Positions 1 to 12,849 of a stretch of DNA of 64,000 bases are shown piece after piece. The stretch's first letter is position 1, and the number at the start of each line of letters is the position of its first letter. Under the pieces are notes generated by a model. It was not told the origin of the DNA. It did no database searches and was given only the letters and a program-made list of their open reading frames with translations. Source of the DNA: Felis catus (Eukaryota); the NCBI RefSeq assembly GCF_018350175.1, contig NC_058368.1, positions 114,082,001-114,146,000 of the forward strand. Reading direction: 5' to 3'. A program made the position numbers and the translations under genes.

Positions 1-130
1 AAGAGCATAGGACATTTGTCCTTGAAATCCATCCACTCAGTTGTGAGGAAGCTCAAGCCACATGGAGAAGCCACATGGAAGCCTTCTGGCCTTAGCTAAA
101 TCCCAGCTGACAGTCAATGTTAACATGACA
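1..130 (+). mobile_element. MaLR (MLT1-like) LTR fragment
   Basis: Motifs gtgaggaagctcaagccacatggagaagccacatgg...cccagctgacag resemble MLT1 LTR internal sequence; recognised by eye. Confidence 0.45.
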
Positions 131-565
131 GGAGCAGAAGAGGAGCGTCCTCCTGTCCCACCCAGGCTTGCCAGTAGTCTGAGGAGGAGGTGAGGATTTA
201 TGGTCTGAGGCTGCCCACCAAGGTGGACACCAGCTCTCTACTTTCTTATCAGCCAGGACCAGACATCCCACCCTACGTGCCACACCCCTCAACCTCTGTA
301 TACCAAGAGGAAGGGATTGACCATGGTCAATGGCCTTTAACAAGTCTAGCTCCATGACAATGGAACCCAAGTGTGACCAGAACCCACACTGATCTCACAG
401 AAAGTGGTGGTCCACCTACTTCAGAATTGAGAACAAAATAGAGTGTGGGCCTTTGAGTGTTGGAAAACTTCCTTGCAAGTTCATCTAGAAGATGCACACA
501 AGAAAGTCACATATTTTATTGGACCAAGGAAAACCATGCCATGCCAGGTAGAAAGGAAGGCCCTG

Positions 566-674
566 GTGGTACCTGGCTGGCTCAGTCAGTAAAGCATGTG
601 ACTCTTGATCTCAGGGTTGTGAGGTTGAGCCCCAAATTGGGTGTAGAGATTACTTAAAAATAAAATCTTAAAAA
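566..674 (+). mobile_element. Short Can-SINE (tRNA-derived, no CT tract)
   Basis: cctggctggctcagtcagtaaagcatgtgactcttgatctcagggttgtg...gagattacttaaaaataaaatctt. Confidence 0.8.
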
Positions 675-1470
675 GAGAGAGAAAGAACAAGAGGAGTTAA
701 GATGGCAGAGTAGTAAAGGGACCCTGGGCTTGCCTCGTTCCTTGAACATAGCTAAGTCAACATGAAATAATTTTGAACATCTTGGAAATTAAGGATTAAT
801 CCTGAGGATCAAGAGAACAATCTGCATAATTAGACAGAAAGAACCTGTCAGGTGAACTGGAAGAGAGAAAAGCCTTGCTGCCACAGAAGGTAGGGAGCCC
901 TTCTCACAGAAAGGAGGAGAGAGTGGGAGACAGAGCACTGCATCTGGTTTTTGCAAGAAAAGCACTCCCCCAAAACCAATGACTGGGGAATCAGGAGGAA
1001 CATACTACTGCAAGTTTTTGCGAACACTGGAGTTCAAATTCTGAAGGTTTTGAAGTCTGTGCCATTCATTGGAGTTGATCTGGGCAGGTGGTGATGCTCC
1101 TGGGGAAGAGGGCAGAGGCCCAGGAGTGGATAGCAGACAGCATAGTGTGGGAATTCCCTGGGTCACCCCGGGAGAGAACATTCCCCTTCCTGGAACGCAG
1201 TTGGAAGAAGTTAGATTACCTCTCCAAGGACAAAAGACCCAGCTGGACTCTTTCAGCAGCCGTTCAACAGCAGGGGACAGAGGCATGTGCAGAGTGTGGA
1301 TAACCTGACCTACAACTTTTTACTGGGCTTCACCATAAACTCCAGGCAACTGTGCAGCCAAGGGACTGCTTTTCTGGGACAGAATGGCACCAGGTGCAGC
1401 ACTGTAAGGTTCTCCCCAAGAGCGGGGAGTGGGTCTGAGCCTTGACAGGTCCTTTAAGATTTGGAGTTTT

Positions 1471-1666
1471 GGGGGTGCCTGGGTGGTTCAGTCAGCTAAA
1501 CATCCAACTCTTGATTTCAGCTCAGGTCATGATGATTCGTGGGATCAAGCCCTGCCTGCTTCAGGCTCCACGCTGACAGTGTAGAGCCTGTTTGGGATAT
1601 TCCCTCTCTCTCTCTCTCCCTCTCTCTCTCTCTCTTTCTCAGATAAATTAATTAATTTTAAAAAAA
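1471..1666 (+). mobile_element. Can-SINE in L1 5'UTR
   Basis: gggggtgcctgggtggttcag head, (CT)n, A tail; imperfect TSD aagatttg(g/c)agtttt. Confidence 0.9.
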
Positions 1667-2255
1667 GATTTGCAGTTTTGAATCCCAGCTGCACATCAAA
1701 GACAAAACACACGAGAGCTGTGGCTCCGGGAATGTTGATGGCCCGGGCACAGACGGGTTGAGGGCAGGGATCTGACAAAAGCCTGGGACACAGGAGAAGA
1801 GACTGTTTACTTATCTGTGAGGGTTTCCTTATCTGTGGGGAGCGCAAGCTCCCCACCCCAGGACAAGAGAGCAGGGTGATGCCATCTTCCCCTGCCCACC
1901 AGCATGGTTAGACTTTAGTGAGCAACACGGCCCCCCCCCCCCATTGGAGGCTGGGGTCCTTACACCATACCCCATCCCCACATGTGTCCTGCAGGGGCAT
2001 CTTTACTAGGGCAGGTCTGTGAGCCAGTGCAGCAGGCCTTGCCTCCAGAGGACCAACACAGGCACCCCACATTAACCAAGTCTACTGATCACAGAGTGCT
2101 CCAAAGCATCAGCTTCAGCTCTAGTAGAAATAGGACTAGGATTTTTAAAATTTTGATGCTTTTCTTTTCTTTTCTTCTTTCTTTTCTTTTCTTTGGAATC
2201 AGGCTTATACTTTTTTTATTGTTTGTTTCCTTTTTTCATTTTTTGATCAGGCTTT

Positions 2256-2287
<32 letters not shown>

Positions 2288-2369
2288 TTTCTTTGGAAAC
2301 AGGCTTATAATTTTTTGTTTGTCTATTTGGTTTTTTGTACCTTTTCCTTTTCTCTTTTTTGCATCAGGC

Positions 2370-2546
2370 TATTTATTTACTTATTTATTTATTTTGATAG
2401 AATGAGCAGGGGAGGGGGACAGAGAATCCAAAGCAGGCTCTGCACTGACAGCAGAGAGCCTGATGTGGGGCTTGAACTCATGAGTGGTGAGATCACGACT
2501 TGAGCTGAAGTTGGGCGCTTAACCAACCAAGCCACCCAGGTGCTCC
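2370..2546 (-). mobile_element. Can-SINE
   Basis: Reverse-complement head gccacccaggtgctcc; (TTTA)n tail. Confidence 0.88.
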
Positions 2547-3285
2547 AAGCTTTTTTTTCTTAATCAGGCTTATTTAAACAAATAAAAACATACCTAGTTA
2601 AAGGTTCAAATATTCCACACTGCAAACAAGGAAGAACTCTGCAGAGGACTAAGCTGGGGGAAACAACAGTCAAATAACAATAGGATAATGTACACAGCAT
2701 ACACCAAAAACACTTTCTGAAGCACCAAGCCCTGGATAGTGTGTGACTCCTTCTTAACATAGCAGTACTCTTAGGAGCAGGAAACATAACAAGCTTTCAT
2801 AACATGCAAAAGACAGAAGCCAAGACAAAATGGTAAGAGGAGGAATTCTCCCCCAAAGAAAGATTAAGAAGAAAACATAGCCAGGGATTTGCTCAAAACA
2901 GATATAAGCAATATATCTGAACAAGAATTTAGAACAATAATCATAAGAATAATAGCTGGGATTAAGAAAAGCACAGAAGACAAAAGAGAAATCCTTGCTG
3001 CAGAGATAAAAGACCTAGAAACTAGTGAGGCTGAAATTTAAAAATGCTATAACAGAGACACAAAACTGAATGGATGACATCACAACAACGATGCAAGTAC
3101 CAGAGGAGCTAATAGGTGATAGAGAAGATAAAATTATGGAAAATAATGAAAGTGAAAAGAAGAGGGAAAGAAAACTATTAAATCATGAATACAGGCATAG
3201 GGAACTAAGCAATTCTATAAAGTGAAATATTATCCCTATCATAGGAGTCCCAGAAGAAGAAAAGCATTAAAAAGGGGCAGGTTTA

Positions 3286-3939
3286 GCCACTCTGGAAAAC
3301 AGTGTGGAGGTTCCTCAAAAAATTAAAAATAGACCTACCCTATGACCCAGCAATAGCACTGCTAGGAATTTACCCAAGGGATACAGGAGTGCTGATGCAT
3401 AGGGGCACTTGTACTCCAATGTTTATAGCAGCACTCTCAACAAGAGCCAAATTACGAAAAGAGCCCAAATGTCCATCAACTGATGAATGGATAAAGAAAC
3501 TGTGGTTATATACACAATGGAGTACTACGTGGCAATGAGAAAGAATGAAATATGGCCCTTTGTAGCAACATGGATGGAACTGGAGAGTGTGATGCTAAGT
3601 GAAATAAGCCATACAGAGAAAGACAGATACCATATGGTTTCACTCTTATGTGGATCCTGAGAAACTTAACAGAAACCCATGGGGGAGGGGAAGGAAAAAA
3701 AAAAAAAAGAGGTTAGAGTGGAAGAGAGCCAAAGCATAAGAGCCTCTTAAAAACTGAGAACAAACTGAGGGTTGATGGGGGGTGGGAGGGAGGGGAGGGT
3801 GGGTGATGGGTATTGAGGAGGGCACCTTTTGGGATGAGCACTGGGTGTTGTACGGAAACCAATTTGACAGTAAACTTCATATATTGAAAAAAAATAAAAT
3901 TAATTAATTAAATAAATAAAGAAAGAAAGAAATAAAAAT
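3286..3939 (+). mobile_element. Young feline L1 3' fragment (end of ORF2 + 3'UTR) nested in old L1 ORF1
   Basis: [24 protein letters not shown]; 17-bp TSD aaaaaggggcaggttta at 3269-3285 and 3940-3956. Confidence 0.95.
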
Positions 3940-3983
3940 AAAAAGGGGCAGGTTTATTTGAACCAATTATAGTTGAGAACTTT

Positions 3984-4193
3984 TTAAAAAAATTTTTTAA
4001 CATTTATTTATTTTTGAGAGACAGAGCACAAGCAAGGGAGGGAAAGAGAGAGAGGGAGACACAGAATCCAAAGCAGGTTCCAGACTCTGAGCTGTCAACA
4101 TTGAGCCCAACATGGGGCTCAAATTCACAAACCATGAGAACATGACCTGAGCTGAAGGTAGACGCTTACCTGACTGAGCCACCCAGGTGTCCC
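3984..4193 (-). mobile_element. Can-SINE
   Basis: Reverse head gagccacccaggtgtccc; TSD-like tgagaactt on both sides. Confidence 0.9.
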
Positions 4194-6202
4194 ATGGCTG
4201 AGAACTTCTAATCTGAGGAAGGAACAGGCATTCAAGTCCAAGAGGCACAGAGAACTCTCCTCAAAATCAACAAGAACAGGTCAACACTAAAACGTATCAT
4301 AGTAAAACTTGCAAAGTACAAAGACAAAGAAAGAATTGTGAAAGCAGTTAGGGGTGAAAGGTCCTTAACCTACACAGGAAAACACATAAGGTTAGCAGCA
4401 GACATGTCTACAGAAACATGGCAGGCCAGAAGGGAGTGGCATGATATATTCAATGTGCTAACTGGGAAAAATATGCAGTCAAGAATACTTTATCCTGCAA
4501 AGCTGTCATTCAGAACAGAAGGAGAGATAAAGTTTCCAAGACAAAGCAAAAACTAAAGGATTTCATGAATACTAAAGCAGCTCTGCAAGAATTATTAAAG
4601 AGGACTCTTTGAGTGGAAAAGAAAGACCAAAAGTAACAAAGACTAGAAAGGAACAGAGACAGAAAGAGCGACTTTACAGGTAATACAATGCCACTAAATA
4701 CATATCTATCAATAATTACTCTGAGTGTTAATGGACTAAATGCTCTAAACAAAAGACATAGGGCATCAGAATGGATAAAAAACAAGACCCATCAATATAC
4801 TGCTTACAATAGACTCATTTAGACCCAAAGACACCTCCAGATTGAAAGTGATGGGGTGGAAAACAATTAATTATGCTAATGGACATCAAAAGAAAGCTGG
4901 AATAGCCATACTTGTATCAGAAAAACTAGGTTTTAAACCAAAGACTGTAATAAGAGATGAAGAAGGGCACTATATCATAATAAAGGGGTCTATCCAACAA
5001 GATCTAACAACTGTAAATATTTATGTCCCAAACTTGAAACAGCCAAATGTGTAAATCAATTAACAAACTTAAAGAAACAGTAATAATACAGTAATAATAC
5101 TGATAATAATACAGTAATAGCAGGGGACTTTAACACCCCACTTATAGAAATGAACAGATCATCTGGGCAAAAGATCAACAAGGAAACAATGGCTTTGAAT
5201 GACACACTGGACCAGATGGACTTAATACATATATTCAGAGCATTTCATCCTAAAGCATCAGGATACACATTCTTTTCTAATGCACATGGAACTTTATCCT
5301 GATCAAAACACATACCGGATCACAAATCAGGTTCCAACCAGTACAAGAAGACTGAGATCATACCATGCATATTTTCAAACCACAATGCTATGAAACTTGA
5401 AGTCAATCACAAAAACAAACAAACAAAAAAATTGGGAAGACCATAAATAGATGGAGGTTAAAGAACATCGTACTAAAGAACAAATGGGCTAACCGGGATA
5501 TTAAAGAAGAAATTTAAAAATACATGGAAGCAAATGAAAATGAAAACACCATAATCCAAAACCTTTGGAATGCAGCAAAGGTGGTCCTAAGAGGGAAGTA
5601 TAGAGCAAAACAGGTTCTCTTCAAGAAGCAAGAAAAGTCTCAAATATACAATCCAACCTTACAGCTAACGGAGCTGGAAAAAGAACAGCAAATGAAACCC
5701 AAAACCACCAAAAGAAGGGAAATAATAAAGATTAAAGCAGAAATCAATGATATAGAAGCCCCCCCCCCCAACAAATAGAACAGATCAATGAAGCTAGGAG
5801 CTGGTTCATTGAAAGAATTAACAAAATTCATAAACCCCTAGCCTTATCAAAAAGAAAAGAGAAAGAACCCAAATAAATAAAATCATAAATGAAAGAGGGA
5901 AGATCACAACCAACAACACAGAAATACAAACAATTATAAAAGAATATTATGAGCAATTATATGCCAACAAATTGGGCAATCTGGAAGAAATGGACAAACT
6001 GCTAGAAACATATAAACTACCAAAATTGAAACAGGAAGGAACAGAAAATTTGAACAGATGCATAACCAGCAAAGAAATTGAATCAATAATCAAAAATATC
6101 CCAACAAACAAGAGTCCAGGGCTGGATGGCTTCCCAAGAAATTTCGACCAAACATTTAAAAAGGAATTAATACCTTTTCTTCTCAATCTATTCCAAAAAA
6201 CA

Positions 6203-6408
6203 GGAGTGCCTCAGTGTCTCAGTCAGTTAAGTGTCAAAATCTTTATTTCAGCTTGGGTCATGATCTCACGGTTTGTGGTTCAAGACCTGCACTGGGCTCT
6301 ATGCTGACAGTATGGAGCCTGGTTGGGATTCTCTCTCTCTTCCGCTCTCTACCCCTCCCCCACTCACACTGTCTCTGTCTCCTAAAATAAACTTAAATTT
6401 AAAAATTA
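6203..6408 (+). mobile_element. Can-SINE in old L1 ORF2
   Basis: Diverged head, CT tract, A-rich tail. Confidence 0.85.
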
Positions 6409-6786
6409 AGACTATTTAAAAAAAACAGATATGGAAGTAAAACTTCCAAATTCATTCTATAAGGCCAGAATTACCTTGATTGCAAAACCAGACAAAGATT
6501 TCACTAAAGAAGAGAATTACAGACCAACATCCCTGATTAACATGGATGCAAAAATTCTCAACAAGACACTAGCAAATTGAATCCAACAGTGTAAAAGAAT
6601 TATTCACCAGAATCAAGTAGGATTTGATTTGCTCCTTGGGCTGCAGGGGTGGTTCACTACCTACAAATCAATCAACATGCTACACCACATTAAATAAAAA
6701 GGATAAGAACCATATGATTCTCTCAGTAGATGCAGAAAAAACACTTGACAAAATACAGCAACTTTCTTTTTAAAAAACCCTAAGCA

Positions 6787-7007
6787 GGGTGCCTGGGTGG
6801 CTCAGTCAATTGAGTGACTGACTTCGGCTCAGGTCATGATCTCACGGTTTATGAGTTCAAGCCCCGTGTCAGGCTCTGTGCTGACAGCTCAGAGCCTGGA
6901 GCCTGCCTCTGATTCTGTGTCTCCCTCTCTCTCTGCCCCTCCCCCACTCATGCTCTGTCTCTCTTTGTCTCAGAAATAAGTAAACATTAAAAAAAAATTT
7001 TTTTTTA
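6787..7007 (+). mobile_element. Can-SINE (SINEC_Fc type) in old L1 ORF2
   Basis: gggtgcctgggtggctcag...cagctcagagcctggagcctgc. Confidence 0.92.
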
Positions 7008-8739
7008 ACCCTCAAGAATGTAGAGATAGAAGGAACTTACCTAAACTTCACAAAGGTCATATACAAAAGACCCACAGCTAGTATTATCCTCAATGGGGAA
7101 AAACTCTCAGTTTTCCAAAACAGGGATGTCTAGTCTCACCACTATTGTTCAACATAGTAGCGGAAGCCCTAGCCTCAGCAATCAGACAACAAAAAGATAT
7201 CAAGGGCATCCAAACTGGCAAAGAAGAAGTCAAACTTTTCACTCTTCACAGATGACATGATACTCTATGTGGAAAACCCAAAAGACTCCACCAAAAAACT
7301 GCTAGCAGTGATATATGAATTCAGCAAAGTCACAGGATATAAAAGCAACTACAGAAATCTGTGGCATTTCTATACACCAATAATGAAGCAGCAAAAAAAG
7401 AAATTAAGGAATTTATGCCATTTACTACTGCACCAAAACCAATAAGACATGTAGGAATAACCCTAACCAAAGAGGTAAAAGATCTCTACTCTAAAACTTA
7501 CAGAACACTTACGAAAGAAATTGAAGAAGAATGAAACGGAAAAACATGCAATGCTCATGGATTGGAAAAACAAATACTGTTGAAATGTCTATACTATCCA
7601 AAGCATCTACACATTCAATGTAATCCATATCAAAATAACACCAGAATTCACCACAAAGCTAGAACAAACAAATCTAAAATGTGTACAGAATCAGAAAAGA
7701 CCCTGAATAGCCAAAGTAAGTTTAAAAACAAAAGGAAAGTGGGAGTCATCACAATTTCAGACTTCAAGCTGTATTACAAAGCTATAATCATGAAGATAGT
7801 ATGGTACTGGCACAAAAACAGACTCAAACATCAAGAGAACAGAACAGAGAACCCAGAAACAGACCCACAAATATATGGCTAACTAATCTTTGATAAAGAA
7901 GGAAAGAGTATCCAATGGAAAAAATACAGTGTCTTCAGCAAATTGTGCTGCGAAAACTGCAGAAGAATGAAACTTGACCACTTTCTTACACTGTACACAA
8001 AAATAAACTAAAAATGGATGAAATACCTAAAGGTGAGACAGGAAACCATCAAAACCCTAGAACAGAAAACAGGCAGCAATCTCTATAACTTTTGCCATAG
8101 CAACTTCTTACTAGACACATCTCTGGGGGCAAGAGAAATAAAAGCAAAAATGAACTACTAAAAGGCAGCCTATGGAATGGGAGAAGATATTTGCAAAGAT
8201 AATGGGTTAGAATACAAAATTTATAAAGAACTTATCAAATTTAACGCCCAAAAAATAAATAATCCAGTTAAGAAATGAGCAGGAAACATGAAAAGACATT
8301 TCTCCAAAGAAGATATACAAATGGCGTAACAGACATAAGAAGAAAAAAAAAAAAAACTCAACATCACTCATCATCAGGGAAACACAAATCAAAACCATGA
8401 GATACCACCTCAAACCTGTCAGAATGGCTAAAATTAACAACTCAGGAAACAACAGATATTGGCAAGGATGCGGAGAAAGGGGAACCCTCTTGTGCTATTG
8501 CTGGGAATGCAAACTGGTGCAGCCATTCTGGAAACAGTATGGAGGTTCATCACAAAATTAAAAATAGAATTACCCTACAACCTAGCAACTGCAGTACTAG
8601 GTATTTATACAATGGATACAAAAATACAGGTTGGAAGGGGTACATGCACTACAATGTTTACAGCAGCATCATCACAATAATAGCCAAACTATGGAAAGAG
8701 CCCAGTGTACATCAACTGATGAATGGATAAAGAAGCTGT

Positions 8740-8865
8740 AGTGTGTGTATGTCTATGTGTGTGTGTGTGTGCGTGTGTACGTATGTATATACATGTATAT
8801 ATATATAGACACATATATATATACATATATATGTATGTATATACATATATAGACACATATATATG
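8740..8865. repeat. (TG)n/(TA)n compound microsatellite
   Basis: Direct reading. Confidence 0.9.
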
Positions 8866-9214
8866 TGAAATAAGTGAAATAAGTCAGTCAGAAAAAGACA
8901 AATACCCTATGATTTCACTCATATGTGGAATCTAAGAAACAAAACAGTTGAACATAATAGAAGGGAAGGAAAAATAAAGTAAGATTAAAATAGGAGGCAA
9001 ACCATAAAGACTCTGAATTACAGAGAACAAACTGAGAGCTGCTGCAGGGGAGGTGGGTGGGGGATGCACTAAAAAGGTGATGAGCATTAAGGAGGGTACT
9101 TACTGGAATGGGCACTGGGTGTTATATGTAAGCAATGAATCACTAAATTCTACTCTTGAAATCAATACTACAATGTATGTTAACTAACTTGAACTTAAAT
9201 AAAATCTTGGAAGG

Positions 9215-9306
9215 AGAAAAGAAAAGAAAAGAAAAGAAAAGAAAAGAAAAGAAAAGAAAAGAAAAGAAAAGAAAAGAAAAGAAAAGAAAAGAAAAGACAA
9301 GACAAG
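9215..9306. repeat. (GAAAA)n pentanucleotide microsatellite derived from the L1 tail
   Basis: Long perfect gaaaa array ending in gacaa units. Confidence 0.95.
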
Positions 9307-9389
9307 ACCCTTTTATTTTTCTTTATTCAGAAAAATAATCTGAATGTCTTCTCACCAAAAATAAAAATAAAAATAAATTTTAAAAAATC

Positions 9390-10173
9390 CAGCAATCCCT
9401 ATCAAAATAACACCAGTGTTCTTCACAGAGCTAGAACAAACAATCCTAAAACTTGGATGGAACCAGAAAAGATCCCAAATAGCCAAAGCAATCCTGAAAA
9501 AGAAAACCAAGGCCAGAGGCATCACAATCCTAGACTTCAAGATGTATTGCAAAGCTGTAACCATCAAGACAGTATGGTACTGGCACAAAAACAGACACTC
9601 AGATCAAAGGAAAAGAAAAGAGAACCCAGAAACGGACCCACAAACATATGGCCAACTAATCTTTGACAAAGCAGGAAAGAATATGCAACGGAATAAAGAC
9701 AATCTCTTCAGCAAATGGTGCTGGTAAAACTGGACAGCGACATGCAGAAAAATGAACCTGGACCACTTTCTTACACCATACACAAAAATAAACTCAAAAT
9801 GGATGAAAGACCTAAACGTAAGACAGGAAGCCATCAAAATCCTCAAGGAGAAAGCAGGCAAAAACCTCTTTGACCTTGGCTGCAGCAACTTCTTACTCAA
9901 CACGTCTCCGGAGACAAGGGAAACAAAAACAAAAATGAACTATTGGGAACTCATCAAAATAAAAAGCTTCTGGGGCACCTGGGTGGCTCAGTTGGTTAAG
10001 CGTCCAACTTCGGCTCAGGTCATGATCTCACAGTTTGTGGGTTCAAGCCCCGCATCGGGCTCTGTACTGACAGCTCATAGCCTGGAGCCTGCTTCGGATT
10101 CTGTGTCTCCCTCTCTCTCTGCGCCTCCTCTGCTCATGTTCTGTCTCTCTCTGTCTCTCAATAATAAATAAAC

Positions 10174-10210
<37 letters not shown>

Positions 10211-11095
10211 GCTGCACAGTGAAGGAAACTATCAGCAAAACTAAAAGGCAACCGACGGAATGGGAGAAGATATTTGCAAACGACATATCAGATAAAGGAT
10301 TAGTATCCAAAATCTATAAACAACTTCTCAAACTCAACACCTAAAAAACAAATAGTCCAGTAAAGAAATGGGCAGAAGACATAACTGGACACTTCTCCAA
10401 TGAAGACCTCCAGATGGCTGACAGACACATGAAAAAACACTCAACATCACTCATCATCAGGGAAATACAAATCAAAACCATGAGATACCACCTCGCACCT
10501 GTCAGAATGGCTAATATTAACAACTCAAGAAACAACAGATGCTGGTGAGGGTGAGGAGAAAGAGGATCTCTTTTGCACTGCTGGTGGGAATGCAAACTGG
10601 TGCAGCCACTCTAGAAAACAGTAAGGAGGTTTCTCAAAAAATTAAAAATAGAACTACCCTACAACCCAGCAATTGCACTAGTAGGAATTTATCCAAGGGA
10701 AATAGGTGTGCTGTTTCGAAGGGGCACATGCACCCCAATGTTTAAAGCAGCACTATTACTGACATATGTATATATATATATATACATGCAATGGTAAACG
10801 AAATTAGTCAGAGAAAGACAAATATATGACTTCACTCATATGAGGAATTTAAGATACAAAACAGATGAACATAAGGAAAGGAAAGAAAAATAATATAAAG
10901 ATGGGGAGGGGGACAAAACATAAGAGACTCTTAAATAAAATACAGAGAACAGAGGGTTGCTGGAAGGGTTGAGGGAGGGGGGATGGGCTAAATGGGTAAC
11001 GGGCATTAAGGAATCTACTCCTGAAATCATTGTTGCACTATATGCTACCTAACTTGGATGTAAATTAAAAAAATTAATTAATTAATTTAAAAAAT
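9390..11095 (+). mobile_element. 5'-truncated carnivore L1 (ORF2 3' part + 3'UTR), intermediate age
   Basis: [18 protein letters not shown]...[23 protein letters not shown]; 3'UTR differs from both the old and the young L1; possible TSD tttaaaaaatc. Confidence 0.92.
9972..10210 (+). mobile_element. Can-SINE nested in L1 ORF2
   Basis: ggggcacctgggtggctcagttggttaagcgtcc; (TAAA)n tail. Confidence 0.93.
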
Positions 11096-11672
11096 CTTTT
11101 AAAATCTAAACAGCATCATTATTTACATTTACTAAAAACTGCGTAATAATTCATCAACTGCATATATAATATTTTTACTAATCATTTCTGTAGTTAAGTG
11201 TTGAGATTACCTTAAAGTTTTCCATATTATAAACGACACTATGATGAACTTTTACTGTATTTTGGATTATTTCTTTATGACAGATTCCTAAAAGTGGATG
11301 TCAGGTCAAAAGTTATAAAGATTTTTATTTACTATGCCTGATATATATTATAAATCCATGATGAATTCTTCAATGTCTTTTGGCTCTAGGATAATAGAAT
11401 TCAACAACTAAGAAATGGAATCCTCTCATGGTAAACATTTTTTAAGGCAGACAGTAATAGTACAGAATAGTAAGAAATAGTCAAGAAAGCATATTCTGGA
11501 ATAGAACTGCCTGAGTTCAAATTCCAGTTCTATCACTTGCTAGATATGTACACATAAACAAATTACCAAATCCTTCTGAGACAACATACATACAGCACTG
11601 GGTCTGGACATAGTAAGGGCTCAAAAATGTTAATCATTGTTGCCTTTAGATTACTAAAAAAGAGATGAATTT

Positions 11673-11893
11673 GGGGCGCCTGGGTGGCGCAGTCGGTTAA
11701 GCGTCCGACTTCAACCAGGTCACGATCTCGCGGTCCGGGAGTTCGAGCCCCGCATCAGGCTCTGGGCTGATGGCTCAGAGCCTGGAGCCTGTTTCCATAT
11801 CTGTGTCTCCCTCTCTCTCTGCCCCTCCCCCGTTCATGCTGTGTCTCTCTCTGTCCCAAAAATAAATAAATGTTGAAAAAAAAATTTTTTTTT
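11673..11893 (+). mobile_element. Young SINEC_Fc (CpG-rich)
   Basis: ggggcgcctgggtggcgcagtcggttaagcgtccgact; 18-bp TSD aaaaaagaga(t/c)gaatttg at 11656-11673 and 11894-11911. Confidence 0.96.
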
Positions 11894-12079
11894 AAAAAAG
11901 AGACGAATTTGTAATTGAAAAAGCCAAGAATTATCTTCAAATAACAGTAAGAATAAACAAAAAAACAAATGACAATATAATACTCTTGTACCTATATTAT
12001 AAAAAAGCAGGTTCATTTACTGTGAATACTGTTCATACTACTGTGGTTATTACACATGAATAAAAATAAATGCAATTCT

Positions 12080-12234
12080 GGGGTTCCTGGATGGCTCAAT
12101 CAGTTAAGTGTCCAACTCTTGATCTCAGCTCAGGTCTTGATCTCAGGGTTATGAGTTCAAGCCCCATGTTTGGCTCTGCAATGGGCATGAAACATACATA
12201 TAAACATACATACATACATACATACATACATACA
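12080..12234 (+). mobile_element. Short Can-SINE with (CATA)n tail
   Basis: ggggttcctggatggctcaatcagttaagtgtcc. Confidence 0.82.
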
Positions 12235-12339
12235 TGCTACCTTAACAAATGCTTATTCTCTTTAAAACCTTTACATACACAGTCTCATTTAAGACTCACA
12301 ACAATGCTGTATGGTGTTACTAATAATAATAACAGCAGC

Positions 12340-12640
12340 TAATACTTTCCAACTGTTTATTATGTGTCATTCATGGTTCTAGGTAATAACTTATTAATCA
12401 TTATATAACCTATGAAATAGGGCTTTTCATTTTCCTATTACCCTCATTTTACAGACAATTCAATCAAGTTACACAGAGGTTAAATAACCTGTCCAACAAT
12501 ACAGAGCTAATAAGGTAGATGTCATTATGCCCATCTTGTAGATAAGAAAACTAAGACTTGGGATAATTACTTGTAAAGGTAGGTAACTAGGACAGGCTTT
12601 GAACCATTATCTGTCAGACTATCAAGTCACAGTCTTTTAT
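12340..12640 (-). mobile_element. MIR remnants
   Basis: ccctcattttacaga...cacagaggttaaataacctgtcc; cccatcttgtagataagaaaactaag. Confidence 0.6.
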
Positions 12641-12657
12641 TCTACAACTCTGTCACC

Positions 12658-12849
12658 TTTGTTTTGTTTTTTTAATGTTTATTTTTGAGAGAGAGAGAAA
12701 AAGAGAGAGAGGGAGCAGGGGAGGGGCAGAGAGAGAGGGAGACAGAGAATCTGAAGCCGGCTCAAGGCTCTGAGCTGTCAGCACAGAGCCCGACACAGGG
12801 CTTGAACTCGTGAACCATAAGATCATAACCTGAGCTGAAGTCGGACGAC
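12658..12849 (-). mobile_element. Can-SINE, head truncated
   Basis: (GA)n, cagagcccgacacagggcttgaactc, ends at gaagtcggacg. Confidence 0.88.

Larger units (their letters stand above)
691..9216 (+). mobile_element. Old near-full-length carnivore LINE-1, decayed (5'UTR, ORF1 ~2830-4611, ORF2 ~4688-8930, 3'UTR), with nested SINEs and a nested young L1
   Basis: 5' end gaggagttaagatggc; ORF1 pieces (RLAADMSTETWQARREWHDIF); ORF2 endonuclease, RT and C-terminal pieces (DEEGHYIIIKGSI, MILYVENPKDSTKKLL, WYWHKNR) broken by many stops and frameshifts; 3'UTR ends before the (GAAAA)n tail. Confidence 0.93.

Noticed and set aside
1982..2503. 173-aa hydrophobic ORF resembling a membrane protein
   Set aside because: It is the T-rich L1 5'UTR plus an antisense SINE; low complexity
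9156..9338. Lys/Arg-rich ORF (KKRKE repeats)
   Set aside because: Translation of the (GAAAA)n microsatellite
11673..11760. tRNA genes at SINE heads (here and elsewhere)
   Set aside because: tRNA-derived Can-SINE heads followed by SINE body, CT tract, A tail and TSDs
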